A model generated the notes under the pieces. It did no database searches, was not told the origin of the DNA, and was given only the letters and a program-made list of their open reading frames with translations. Both the position numbers and the translations under genes were made by a program. DNA of 63,407 nt, counting the filler, from Octopus bimaculoides (Eukaryota), in the NCBI RefSeq assembly GCF_001194135.2. It is 4 parts of 4 records of this genome, joined end to end, with 100 filler letters (N's around TTAATTAATTAA, not from the genome) between each part and the next. Parts side by side here need not be neighbours in the genome. Positions count along the whole stretch, not along the records: positions 30,369 to 60,057 come from NC_068987.1; 3 more parts are not named here. One strand, written 5' to 3'. How positions within the stretch are numbered: position 1 is the first letter of the stretch; each line of letters starts with the position of its first letter. This document shows, piece by piece, positions 37,960 to 50,995 of the stretch.

Positions 37960-38429
37960 CGCACACCCACAAACACACACACACACACACACACACATAC
38001 ATTCAAATATACATATGCGTGCTTGCGTGTTTGTGTATGGTTGTGTGTGGTTCGTGTCCTGTCTAATGATAACTTATTGTGATTTTGATATCTTGTCGAA
38101 GTAAACCCGCAATTGTTTTATTGTTGGTGTTCTTATTGTTGTTGTTGTTACTGTTGCTTATTTTGTTGTTGTTTAGAAACTAAACCTGGAGCATCGCTTT
38201 AAAAATCATTGAGCGCTTCTTATTTAATCTATTATTATCAGGCAGATGCGCTCCGGTTGACTCCACACCAGGTTCACAGTTTGTGGTCCGTTCTCCATGA
38301 GAGAAATCGATACGAATTAAGGCACCGGAGCAGAAATCAATACAAATTAAGACAACAGGTATGGAACATTAAAAAAAACTATTGAGACCTGTATTAAACA
38401 CGAGTTCGTGCTGTCCCTTTGAGTTCTTA

Positions 38430-38620
38430 TAATCTTTTTATTTTTTGACATGTTGCTCCATGCTGGGCAAACACCTTGAAAAGTTTAGTCGGACAGATCG
38501 ATCCCAATACATATTTTTGTGTCTGGTTCATATTCTATCGGTCTCTTTACAGGGACGTAAACAAAACAATACCGGCTGTCAAGCGGTTGTGAAGAACAAA
38601 CACAACGTAAACACAAACAC

Positions 38621-38651
<31 letters not shown>

Positions 38652-38652
38652 G

Positions 38653-38683
<31 letters not shown>

Positions 38684-38882
38684 TTCATACATATACATAC
38701 ACACACGCACACGCACTCACATACATATACAGATGGGTTTCTTTCAGTTTCCATCTATCAAATCCGCTCACGATGTTGTTTTACTCGGCTCTGGATTATA
38801 GTCTCACTGCATGGCAGAGGGACTGAACCCCAAATCACATAGTTGGGAAGCAAGATTCTTACCCACACAGTCGCGCCTGCGC
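38430..38882 (-). mobile_element. SINE-C, degenerate
   Basis: Tail, (CA)n and head all recognisable. Confidence 0.75.
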
Positions 38883-41089
38883 CTAGATTTCAAATCGTAC
38901 TGATCTCTTGTTGTTGTTGTTTAACCCTAGTCCAGTCCTAACTGAGCAGACCTATGACTAAAAGCATTTCACTCAAGATTCTTTCTTTTTTTTTTTTCCT
39001 CAACCGACCCTCTATTTTCTTCGAGATGGTAGAATGTGATTTGAAGGAGACTTGGTTGCAGTTTTAGCAATCAAAAGGATATGAAACAATAAGCTGCTGG
39101 AACAAATACCATTCAGCTTTTAGTAACGCCTTGAATTTAGTAACGTGTGAGTTCAAATACCGCCTGAATCGAATTTTCCAATTATTTGCCCAAGGTCATT
39201 CCTATTCATTATCAGAAATATATAAGTTCCTTTTGCTGTGATCCATCAGTCTATGATCAAAGATGTTCCAGCTTTGATGAGGCAGTATTTTATTCAGACA
39301 CAATGTACCTGGAGCAGTGATCTTGAAGATATGTACGTCAATAGTGATACACCACAGTTTATTAGATGACACGTGATAAACTTTGAAGAAAAAAAATCTT
39401 CCAATATTCTCATGGTAGAAAAACTTTATCAGTAAGTATTTACCTAAAACTTAAATACCTGTATACAATTAGTAGTTGACATTTCGATGGCAAGAGTATT
39501 AAAGAAGCTGAAATTTCGACATGCCGGGCTTTCAGTTGTCACGATCTTTCTGTCATCTAATATATACTTCCTTTTTAAGACGGTAGGGTGTAGTTTGAGA
39601 GAGATTTGGTCTCTATTTCTAGCCTGTCAAGTTGCTATGTATAGAACTCCTGTAAAAATATACATTAAACATAGTGACGCTTCAAGTTTGGAAAATAGCT
39701 TCTTGTGACTAAATTGATTTCATAACTATTTAGAAGTTCGAATCCCGCCAGCAATATTATTTACATTCAATGTTTAAAATAGTTATGATTAATACACTAC
39801 GTTCGAAAAGAGGATGGGATTACCACAGTTGGACGGTGTTTGATTATAAGTATGCCCGAAATATGATGCTCTGAGGTGAATAAGCAACAAAGAAAACAAC
39901 AGTATTTAGGTGAGTTAGAAGATTTTCTTGAAATTATTTAGTCAGCAACTGCTGAAATTGTTTCTGAGCCCATCATTGCGATACAAGCCGTATTTCATGT
40001 TACTGAATTGTGGATGTAATACGCGTAATATGTAGATTACTGTATCTTGCAAAACTGAGTTGACTCTGTTCCTTATTCGCAAATTCCTTTCGCAAATTCT
40101 TTTCTTCAAACGCATATCAAGTGTTCAGAATTATGCGGTACAAAGCAATCTCACAGGTACTGGTTATACGATAAAATACACCCAGTACACTTTGTAGGAT
40201 GGTTAATAAAAGAGAGGGGACGTGGAATCGAGAGGAGCTTTTAATTTTGTCCTTGGGAGGGCAGTCTCTCAAGAGATAGCGCTACGGTAAAATTCACCGA
40301 CTCTACTACATAAACTAGTCGGTATCCATCAATTGAAACCAAACTAAAATAGAATGTACTAGCATGGCGGAGTCCCTAACGTTTAAAAAGGTAGTAACTT
40401 CGAATAAAAGATGCGCCTCATGATAATACGTCCAGTCCATGGCAGCATGAAAATGCAGCAAATGAATGATCATTCGACTTTGATATGAAACTAGGAAAAC
40501 TAGTTAGTTGCTAGAATCAGCTTATTCAATGGACAACCTTTTTTCAGTACCGTAAAGTCCGTGGGAAAATTCACGTACATACAAAGGATTCTTAGTATAA
40601 AAAATGATGGGAATAGATATGTTGTGAACAAAGAAATTGTGAGCGAGAGGTCTCACCTGACAATAAAGCCGATATCTAATAAATACATTTACACCTTTTC
40701 CATTTATTCCATATAGCAATAAAATTTACCACTATTCTGCTGTCTTTTTTTTTTTATGAAAAGGTTTCATATATATATATATANNNNNNNNNNNNNNNNN
40801 NNNNNNNNNNNNNNNNNNNNNNNNNNNNNNNNNNNNNNNNNNNNNNNNNNNNNNNNNNNNNNNNNNNNNNNNNNNNNNNNNNNNNNNNNNNNNNNNNNNN
40901 NNNNNNNNNNNNNNNNNNNNNNNNNNNNNNNNNNNNNNNNNNNNNNNNNNNNNNNNNNNNNNNNNNNNNNNNNNNNNNNNNNNNNNNNNNNNNNATATAT
41001 ATATGTGTGTGTGTGTGTGTATATATGTGTGTATATATACATATACATACGTACACTAACATAGTTATACATACAAACACACACATATG

Positions 41090-41181
<92 letters not shown>

Positions 41182-41824
41182 CACATACATATATTTATTC
41201 TCTTGACTTAAATTCATTCGCGTACAGAAAGACAGAGTTAGAGGGCGGACATAGAAATTTATCTGAAATAACTAATCGAATGTTTGCTTTGGTTATGTTT
41301 GCTGACGGGAACTAGAAGATACTGTTCACACACGCAAACCTTTCCCATCCTTTTCACATTATCTTCGTCATTACGGCTTTATCGACTCAACTCCTTTGCA
41401 ATACACACACGAATCACCTAGCATGGAAGATTCTACGTCACATATTCGGGGATATCCGATTGGCTTACCTCTAAGTATGAGTTATAAAACTAGAATATTT
41501 AGCCGTTATATTACAGTACAATATTTATACAACATAGTCTGTTGGTGTGCAGGGAAAAGCAACCAAATATCTCTCAAGTCTCAGCGCACCGATTTAAAAC
41601 CATTATGTACTATTAGATATCTCCTATCTGTCGGGGTGGTCACTGCTGCAATTACTTCAGTCATGGGTCTTCGGCTTTTCTAGGTCTATCCATATGTCAT
41701 CTTCCAGAAAACTATTTCATCGTCGTCTATGTACACGCCACAAATATAAATGCATGTATATATATCTACGTATGTTTATGTGTGTCTGCGCGTTCGTCTG
41801 TATGTGTATATATACACACATATG

Positions 41825-41882
<58 letters not shown>

Positions 41883-42274
41883 TGTATGTATGTATGTATG
41901 TATGTATGTATATAACAAATAGTGAAGGGTTACCAATCTGGACAAAATACTTCCTAAGCTCCCTGTTGGCACACCAGGCTAACAATATTGCTTAGATTAG
42001 TGAAGAACTCGAGGTAATCTTTTGGTAGTGTTCCAAGTTATAGTTCATCACAATTTTATATTGTAAATCCGTGAATGGGCTCCAGATAAGCTGGTTTTTA
42101 CAGAGTGATATAAAAGAGACAAGTTAAAATAAATAATGGTTATTACATATAATTTCTTTATTACAACAAAATAAAGGATTGATATGTAATGACCATTATT
42201 TTAACTTGTCTCTTCAATATATATATGTATATATATATGTATATATATATAGTTGGGTATGGTTTATGCACTTG

Positions 42275-42496
42275 TGTCCATGTTCATAAGCTGTAGAAAT
42301 GAGTTGCGACGTCACAGGTGCCAAGCTGTATCGGCTTTTGCATTTCCCTTGGATAACACTGGTGGTGTGGAGAGGGGAGGCCGGTATGCATGAGCGTCTG
42401 CTGGTCTTCCATAAACAACCTTGCCAGGATTTGTGCCTGGGAGGGTAACTTTCTAGGTGCAATCCCATGGTCAGTCATGACCGAGGGGGGGTCTCA
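42275..42496 (+). mobile_element. SINE-E, 5'-truncated
   Basis: ctgtagaaatgagttgcgacgtcac...caatcccatggtcagtcatgaccgaggggggtct. Confidence 0.8.
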
Positions 42497-42566
<70 letters not shown>

Positions 42567-42730
42567 TTATATATATTTGCATGTAGGTATGTATGCGTAT
42601 ACTTGTATGTATTGGTGTTTGTGCATGAATGTATTTTATGCTTAAGTCTATATGTGTATATGCTTGTATATGTAAGTGTGTATGTATGTATGTATGTATG
42701 TATGTATACTTGTATGTCTATGTGTGTATA

Positions 42731-42841
<111 letters not shown>

Positions 42842-43192
42842 TTACTTATATATATATGTATGTGTGTGTATATGTATGTGCATGTTTATGTATGTGTATA
42901 TATTCTACTAGACACATGTGGCCTTGTTTACATTATACTTCGTCTCGACCTGTTACTATTTCTTTAAACATATCCGTTAGATTTTTATTTTTATGTTATA
43001 ATTTACTGCACGTATAGACTTGCATACACATTGATATGTCTTTCTTTTTCTTTTTTGTCTTTCTCACTATCATTATAATGTTTTCCCTTTTACAACTTGT
43101 TTGTAAATATCCGATTATTCACTATCACCCCATCTGTATTCTCCCTTATTGTATTTTATCTTATTTTATTAAACCTTTTTGCTCTTCCAAAA

Positions 43193-43304
43193 ATTCCTCA
43201 CACTGATGAGAACGATAATGCATAAATTTTATCATAATTACTATGATTATAATTTTTTTCTTACATATTTGTATTGTCTTTCGAAACGTGCGTATGTATT
43301 GAAT
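43193..43304 (+). ncRNA. Type I hammerhead ribozyme motif with intact core and long AT-rich stem II
   Basis: ACA(43200-02)-CTGATGA(43203-09)-G43210...C43282 (12 of the first 13 positions pair, 2 as G.U)-GAAA(43283-86)-CG TG CG-T-A(43294)-TGT; distal stem I ATTC/GAAT. Confidence 0.7.
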
Positions 43305-44155
43305 CCAATTTTGTATTAAATCTAATTTTGATTCAACATCTTTTTTCTCCATTTTTTAATACTTGTTTATGGTATATTTATACCTATAACGAAATTTTTC
43401 AACTATTATTTTCATATTCTTATTACTTGCTCTGGCTGATTTTTATGAATATGATGAATCCTTATTACGAATCATTTTTCCTCACACACACACACACNNN
43501 NNNNNNNNNNNNNNNNNNNNNNNNNNNNNNNNNNNNNNNNNNNNNNNNNNNNNNNNNNNNNNNNNNNNNNNNNNNNNNNNNNNNNNNNNNNNNNNNNNNN
43601 NNNNNNNNNNNNNNNNNNNNNNNNNNNNNNNNNNNNNNNNNNNNNNNNNNNNNNNNNNNNNNNNNNNNNNNNNNNNNNNNNNNNNNNNNNNNNNNNNNNN
43701 NNNNNNNNNNNNNNNNNNNNNNNNNNNNNNNNNNNNNNNNNNNNNNNNNNNNNNNNNNNNNNNNNNNNNNNNNNNNNNNNNNNNNNNNNNNNNNNNNNNN
43801 NNNNNNNNNNNNNNNNNNNNNNNNNNNNNNNNNNNNNNNNNNNNNNNNNNNNNNNNNNNNNNNNNNNNNNNNNNNNNNNNNNNNNNNNNNNNNNNNNNNN
43901 NNNNNNNNNNNNNNNNNNNNNNNNNNNNNNNNNNNNNNNNNNNNNNNNNNNNNNNNNNNNNNNNNNNNNNNNNNNNNNNNNNNNNNNNNNNNNNNNNNNN
44001 NNNNNNNNNNNNNNNNNNNNNNNNNNNNNNNNNNNNNNNNNNNNNNNNNNNNNNNNNNNNNNNNNNNNNNNNNNNNNNNNNNNNNNNNNNNNNNNNNNNN
44101 NNNNNNNNNNNNNNNNNNNNNNNNNNNNNNNNNNNNNNNNNNNTATATATATATA

Positions 44156-44410
44156 AAGGCGGCGAGCTGGCAAAACCGTTCGCATTACTGATCCCAATCA
44201 GTTGTTTTGTACCATTCTATGTTTGGCCCCCTGTGGGCAATAAAGAAATTGGTATTTCGTTTGTCTTTACGTTCTGAGTTCAAATTCGACTTTGCCTTTC
44301 ATCCTTTCGGGGTTGGTAAATTAAGTACCAGTTGCGTACTGGGGTTGATCTAATCAACTTCCCCACCCCCACCCCACAAAAAAAACTTCAGGTCTTGTGC
44401 CTAGAATAGA
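44156..44410 (+). mobile_element. SINE-B
   Basis: aaaggcggcgagctggcaaaacc...gtcttgtgcctagaatagaaa. Confidence 0.8.
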
Positions 44411-44417
44411 AAATAAC

Positions 44418-44460
<43 letters not shown>

Positions 44461-44692
44461 GATAGATTGATTGATAGATGCAGTTATGCGGATAAACAAA
44501 TTAGACACATCAGATATATCAAATGCAAAATCAGAGAAGGCAAGAGTTGATCCCTCTTATAGCCTTTCTTTCCCTTGTGAAATGATCCCCTGTAAAACCA
44601 TCGGAGTCTAAGTTTGAATTTTATGAGTATTATTAAGTGTTTTGAAACCTCTGGATCTCATCAGTGAACTACATACATACATTCATACATAC

Positions 44693-44880
44693 ATACAAGT
44701 ATATGAATGAGAAGGCGTACATAAAGCAAAACATACAAATCTGCACATATACATCCATGCAAAAATATCCTTTTTTTGATGTTGTAATTCCAATGAAGGA
44801 GTCTTGAATTTATGTTAGAGACTGGCTTTTTCTCTATTGGCAAGAGATCTTGAAATAAAACCGAATAATCACATGCATAC
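44693..44880 (+). mobile_element. 3' UTR fragment of the same R4/Dong-like family
   Basis: caagtatatgaatgagaag..aaaacatacaaat matches 16149-16205; caatgaaggag.cttgaat...ctattggcaaga.atcttgaaataaa matches 13818-13945; flanked by (CATA)n. Confidence 0.7.
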
Positions 44881-44949
44881 AAGCATCCCTCCATCCATCT
44901 ATACATACACATACATACATACAAACATACATACATACATACATACATA

Positions 44950-45344
44950 AATGGTGGCTGGCACTCCGTCGGTTACGACGACGAGGGCTCCAGTTGATCC
45001 GATCAGCGGAACAGCCTGCTCGTGAAATTAGCGTGTAAGTGGCTGAGTACTCCACTGACACGTGTACCTTTAACTTAGTTCTCGGGGAGATTCAGCGTGA
45101 CACAGAGTATGACAAAGCTGGCCCTTTGAATTACAGGCACAACAGAAAAAGAAAAAAAAAAAAGAGTGAGAGAAAGCTGTGGTGAAAGAGCACAGCAGGG
45201 TTCGCCACCATCCCCTGCCGGAGCCTTGTGGAACTTTAGGTATTTTCGCTCAATAAACACTCACAACGGCCGGTCTGGGAATCGAAACCGCGATTCTACG
45301 ACCCGGAGTCCGCTGCCCTAACCACTGGGTCATTGCGCCTCCAC
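44950..45344 (-). mobile_element. Full-length SINE-A
   Basis: Same sequence family, inserted into (CATA)n. Confidence 0.9.
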
Positions 45345-46378
45345 ACATACATACATACATAATCTTAAAATAAAAACCAACAAGTCTTGTTAAATACAAC
45401 TATGTGGTTTCTTGGTCGAAACATTAATTTATTTCGTCATTTTTCAAGTTGTCGATGCAACTTGAACGCAGACTGTAAAGTCCCAAAACATAAACTGCAA
45501 AACATTTGTCTGACGCTCTAGCGCAGTGTTATATGGAAAATATGATTTACTAAAGTTGCTATCTGTTTAGTCGTCTCTATGCTTTGTGTTACGTCTCGTT
45601 GTTATCAATATAAACAGTTGAAGATTTACATAACAACTTTGTTTCTAGGATATTCGATATTCCCTAGTAACTGATCACACGTGACACCACTCAGAATGTG
45701 GGGTTGAAAGAGAAGAACACTGAAAGATAAGATTTATTAGAGTGGACAGCAACTTTCTACAAATCTGCAGGAAAAATATTTCATTAGAGTGGCAAGATCT
45801 ATCTAGGAATGTGGTGCGATTTCAATTTTCAATGAAGCTGAAATCATTTATGAAGAAATTAAAAAGCTGAAAATAAATCCGTCATTCTTCCCCTTATTTT
45901 GTCTTTTTTCCCTTAAGCATTTATTCTGGAGCACATTTCAGACGGTTTAGTGACCATTCGTCATCAGGTGAAGATATATGTAGACGTGCTCGGTCTAGGA
46001 TTGTACTCAGAAAGCTTCATGTCATGCTGGGTTCCAACAACATTAACCATTACGAACCGCTTTAGTGGTACTCATTGACAAGCCATTATTGAAATATACC
46101 ACCATCGTACACACGTGTGCACGCGCACACACTCATATAATCACACATGCACACACATACGCGCGCACACTGACGCACAAATATACACATTCATACGCGC
46201 ACTAATATGCATACACATATACGTACACACATGCTCATACACAAACACTCATACACACACTCATACACATACACCTATTCACGCACACATACTCATATCT
46301 ACACTGATACACTCAGACACTCATGCGTGCGCTCTCATACACACTCATAAACACATACACACTCATAGACATTCATAA

Positions 46379-46411
<33 letters not shown>

Positions 46412-47159
46412 CACACACACACACAGACACACACACACAGACACACACACAAACACACGCCTTCTCTCTTTCCTTCTCGCTCTTTCTGTGTCTCTTTCTC
46501 TCTGTCTGTCTGTCTGTCTCCCCTCTCTCTCTTGTCTCACCTGAGACTTGATAACGAATAGGGACTGCTCGAAACGTTAGGTTTACAGAAAAAAAGGCAA
46601 AAAAACGACTTCCAAATATTTTTTTTCATAAAAATATAAATTATCTTATAAACATACCCTAAAACAACTACCCTACTCAACTCAATATACAATACGCATC
46701 TGCCGTAGTGAACTCATCTTCTCTACACGCTTTCATCAATAGAACAAGGTATTCTGTATATGCCGATGTGTCTTAGTTCTTTGGACAGTAAATTTCCTGT
46801 ATTATTTTTTTAACCAAAATTTCAGCTAAATAACAAGAAAAAGCAATCCACACTTAGTGTTCAAAAACCCATTCGTAGTAGTCATAGATGAGCAATAGAA
46901 AGTTTTCTCCTTTAAAAAATTCTTTGTAGGCATTCACTCAGTTTAACAACGCAAATAAGCCCTTTTATTGGGAAATAACCGGCAAACCTCTTTTGTATGT
47001 TAAAGTAGTGCTTCATTATTACCACCCATCTCTTTACAAAGCTCTTTAAATATGCAACTGCATAAAAGTTAACAATTTGAATTTCTTCTTCTACATTAAC
47101 AATGAGGTGTTAGATTACTTGCTACTAAATCAGTTTTTTTATGTTTTAAATGTTGACAC

Positions 47160-47352
47160 AACGCCAGTAATTTTATGGGGAGGGAGCGAGTCGGTTACAC
47201 CGATTCCAGTGCTTAACTGGTTCTTATTTTTATCGACCGCGAAAGGATGAAAGACGAAGTCAATCTCGGTGGTATTTGAACGTAAAGAGTCAGAAGATAA
47301 TCCGCTATGCGTTCAACTGACATGCTAACCGATTCTGCTAGCTTGCCGCCTT
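47160..47352 (-). mobile_element. SINE-B, old
   Basis: Reverse complement reads taaggcggcaagctagcagaatcggttagc..cttcgtctttcatcctttcgcggtcgataaaaataag. Confidence 0.75.
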
Positions 47353-47399
47353 ACTTCCTATTCAAGAATAACAATACATACACTACACACCATCAGCAT

Positions 47400-47506
47400 A
47401 AAATCTTCTGTTTGCGGAAACCGAGAAATCCTTTACTTTGATCCATCACACTTGGAGCGTCTCCAGTTAAACTTTGACTTCTCAAGAAACTCATCCATTG
47501 TGGTGA
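47400..47506 (-). pseudogene. Possible Charlie/GTF2IRD2-like hAT transposase fragment
   Basis: MDEFLEKSKFNW, then a frameshift to GDAPSVMDQSKGFLGF (cf. TDGAPSM.G...GF); runs into a gap. Confidence 0.45.
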
Positions 47507-49789
47507 NNNNNNNNNNNNNNNNNNNNNNNNNNNNNNNNNNNNNNNNNNNNNNNNNNNNNNNNNNNNNNNNNNNNNNNNNNNNNNNNNNNNNNNNNNNNNN
47601 NNNNNNNNNNNNNNNNNNNNNNNNNNNNNNNNNNNNNNNNNNNNNNNNNNNNNNNNNNNNNNNNNNNNNNNNNNNNNNNNNNNNNNNNNNNNNNNNNNNN
47701 NNNNNNNNNNNNNNNNNNNNNNNNNNNNNNNNNNNNNNNNNNNNNNNNNNNNNNNNNNNNNNNNNNNNNNNNNNNNNNNNNNNNNNNNNNNNNNNNNNNN
47801 NNNNNNNNNNNNNNNNNNNNNNNNNNNNNNNNNNNNNNNNNNNNNNNNNNNNNNNNNNNNNNNNNNNNNNNNNNNNNNNNNNNNNNNNNNNNNNNNNNNN
47901 NNNNNNNNNNNNNNNNNNNNNNNNNNNNNNNNNNNNNNNNNNNNNNNNNNNNNNNNNNNNNNNNNNNNNNNNNNNNNNNNNNNNNNNNNNNNNNNNNNNN
48001 NNNNNNNNNNNNNNNNNNNNNNNNNNNNNNNNNNNNNNNNNNNNNNNNNNNNNNNNNNNNNNNNNNNNNNNNNNNNNNNNNNNNNNNNNNNNNNNNNNNN
48101 NNNNNNNNNNNNNNNNNNNNNNNNNNNNNNNNNNNNNNNNNNNNNNNNNNNNNNNNNNNNNNNNNNNNNNNNNNNNNNNNNNNNNNNNNNNNNNNNNNNN
48201 NNNNNNNNNNNNNNNNNNNNNNNNNNNNNNNNNNNNNNNNNNNNNNNNNNNNNNNNNNNNNNNNNNNNNNNNNNNTATATATATATATATATATATATTG
48301 TGGTTGTATGTAATTGACTAAAAATAACAAATTTTATTTTATATTGCCTTCATGAACATATCTTATAAAACTAATTCATATTGAACAAGATGAAATAGCT
48401 GTGATCCAGTCAAACTGAATTGAAAACTTAACAAACGAATTAGGTTAAACTTCTTAAATTCGTTGTTTGGTTATATCTTAAACAGCATTATTGATTTTTC
48501 TTCTTCAAATTGTTTCGTTCTAAAATTAAATAAAACTTAACCTTTTGCTCGGTTCCCTTTGTAGAAGGACGCGAACTCGTGAACGGCTTGATCATGTGTG
48601 CAGTCGAGTTACTGTCCAATCAGAAGGCAGACATCGCATGAAAGATGATTCTGGAAGGCTCTAGAACATTTCCCTACAAGGTCTATAAATAGAGTCCTTT
48701 TTTGGCGCCAACCGGTGTTGATTTGTTTCGTCTCCGTAACCTAGCGGTTCGTCAAAAGAAAGAGATAGAATAAGTGACAGACTTACAAAACAAGAAATAA
48801 GTACTGGGAGTTGATTCATTCGACTAAACCAATCAAAGCAGTGCCCCAGCATGGACTCAGTCCAATGGCTGAAGTAAGTAAAGTATACAAGAGTTCGCTT
48901 TTATGAGAAATCAGAAAAAGTAACGGCCAATGGAGGGTAATTCGCACACTTGATGATGGTCATGGAATTCGAAATAAAATTAAAAGCAGAAAAAAAAAGA
49001 CAAACCGCTAGCAAGATCAGAGTTCAATGTTCCTGTGCAACCAGATCACCAGCAGGACACATATACATTTAAAACATGTCTGACCCCAAGGTTGGCCTTG
49101 GCAGATAAGAAAACATAAATTGAATATGATTCCAGCATTATTGCTATTGGTCTGCAATTTTCTCTTTTCTCCGCTACTCTCTCTTTCTATGCTTAATTTA
49201 GAATGAAGCTAAACTTGAATACATAGCTTATCTATAATAATAAACGCAAAATTCTGTCTGGGACCACAGTATCTCAGTCTATATTTGCTCTACATAGACA
49301 TTTACCTTTTTGGAATCAGGATGATCCCACAACTAAAAATCTACCCTTCATTTGGTCCTCGAACATCCAAGATTGGGATCTGATTTAAAAGCATTTGGGT
49401 TGCTATTTCATGCAGGTAAAGCTTGGCTGATTCATGCTATCTTGGTTGGCGTTTGTCAGATGACATCAGAGATCAAGGGAGAGATGAATGACGTTCGCTT
49501 CGTTAATTTTACGATGAGGATTTTGGGATAAATTGGCCAACAGAATTGAAATTGGGACTGGAACAATAGAATGATTGCATTACAGAATTAATTCTCATCT
49601 GTCCTTAACCTCTGATCAAACACCAGCGGGGCATATAGTCATTATAGACATATTATAGTCATGTTATTAAGCTCTCTTTAATTTTGGGCTGCAGGCCCAG
49701 TTAGCCCTCCGCAGGAACTTGCTGAAAAATCCGCACGGAGTACAGCTTTTAAGCTAGTAAATAATAAAGTCGTTTGTATGTTATGTTTT

Positions 49790-50190
49790 ATCATTTATAT
49801 TTTATTGGTTTTAGTCATCGTACTGCAGCAACACTGGCCCACTACCTTGAACAGTTTTAGTGGAACAAATCGACCGCAGTATTTAGGCATTAAAAAAAAA
49901 AAATGTACTTATTCTATCGGTTTCTTTTGCCGAACCGCTAGAATACGAGGACATGCATAAAAAAAAACACTGGTTGTCAAACAGTTGGGCTGAGTGGTGA
50001 CGATCAAAGACACAAATATACACATCCGACGGGATTCAACACATTTTCCTTCAACAAAATTTCAGTCTAATTTACTCACAAGGAATTAATCGGTCCGGGA
50101 CTGTAGTAGAAGTCTTACTCAAAGTGATGGATTGAACCCGAAACAACATGGTTGCACGGCGAACTTCTTAACCACACAGCCATAGCTGTG
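49790..50190 (-). mobile_element. SINE-C, old
   Basis: cttattctatcggtttcttttgccgaaccgctag ... cttaaccacacagcc; the microsatellite is very short here. Confidence 0.7.
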
Positions 50191-50574
50191 CTTATGTCAG
50201 GTCATAGCGATGAAGAGTAATAATGTAGAAATATGATTTCTTATTCAGGGAGAATATCAGAGATTTTAATGGAAAGGAGTGTGGTCTTTTAATCTTGCTT
50301 ACTACTTGTTCTTCAGTTATTTTATCGATCTAAGAACAGTAGTAGCTAAAGTGCACCTCTTTCACAACGGAATTCAAAATGTAAAGAGAGGACAAAATCA
50401 CTCATAAATATTTAGTTCCATGATTCTCCCATATTTTCTGTCATAAATGCTGGAAATACGGATTTCTACCCCAACCATATTTGTTGTAAGGGTACAAGGT
50501 ACAGGATACAGGGTAGTGGCAACACGGTACAGGGTAGAGTCGATTAAATCAACTCTGAATACGTTGTTCTTTAT

Positions 50575-50784
50575 AATTCAATTAATTTACTTGTTCCAAT
50601 CATTGGACTGTGGCCATGCTGGTGCGCCGTCTTGAAGATTTAGTCAACAAAGCAAGCCCTCTACCTATGTTATTTTTATAAATTTTGTACTATACTATAG
50701 GGCTCTTTTTACCGAACCACTAAGTTATTGGAACATAAACTCACCAACACCGGTTGCGAAGGAGTAGTATAATCAAACACACAC

Positions 50785-50870
<86 letters not shown>

Positions 50871-50963
50871 TGCCGACAACAGTTTGATTCGGATTCCGTG
50901 CTACTTTCAAGCCCGTAACGGGACTTTTACTCAGAGCGAAAAGCCCCGTTAGGGGCTTGAGAC

Positions 50964-50995
<32 letters not shown>

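Noticed and set aside
39298-39431. AG...GTAAGT bounded segment
   Set aside because: Stops in all three frames, and the acceptor side lies in a repeat remnant.
45930-45970. Minus-strand CTGATGA...GAAA
   Set aside because: Stem II is imperfect and no stem I or valid stem III pairing was found.
46545-46585. ctcGAAACGTTagg Penelope-like hammerhead half
   Set aside because: No recognisable CUGANGA half.
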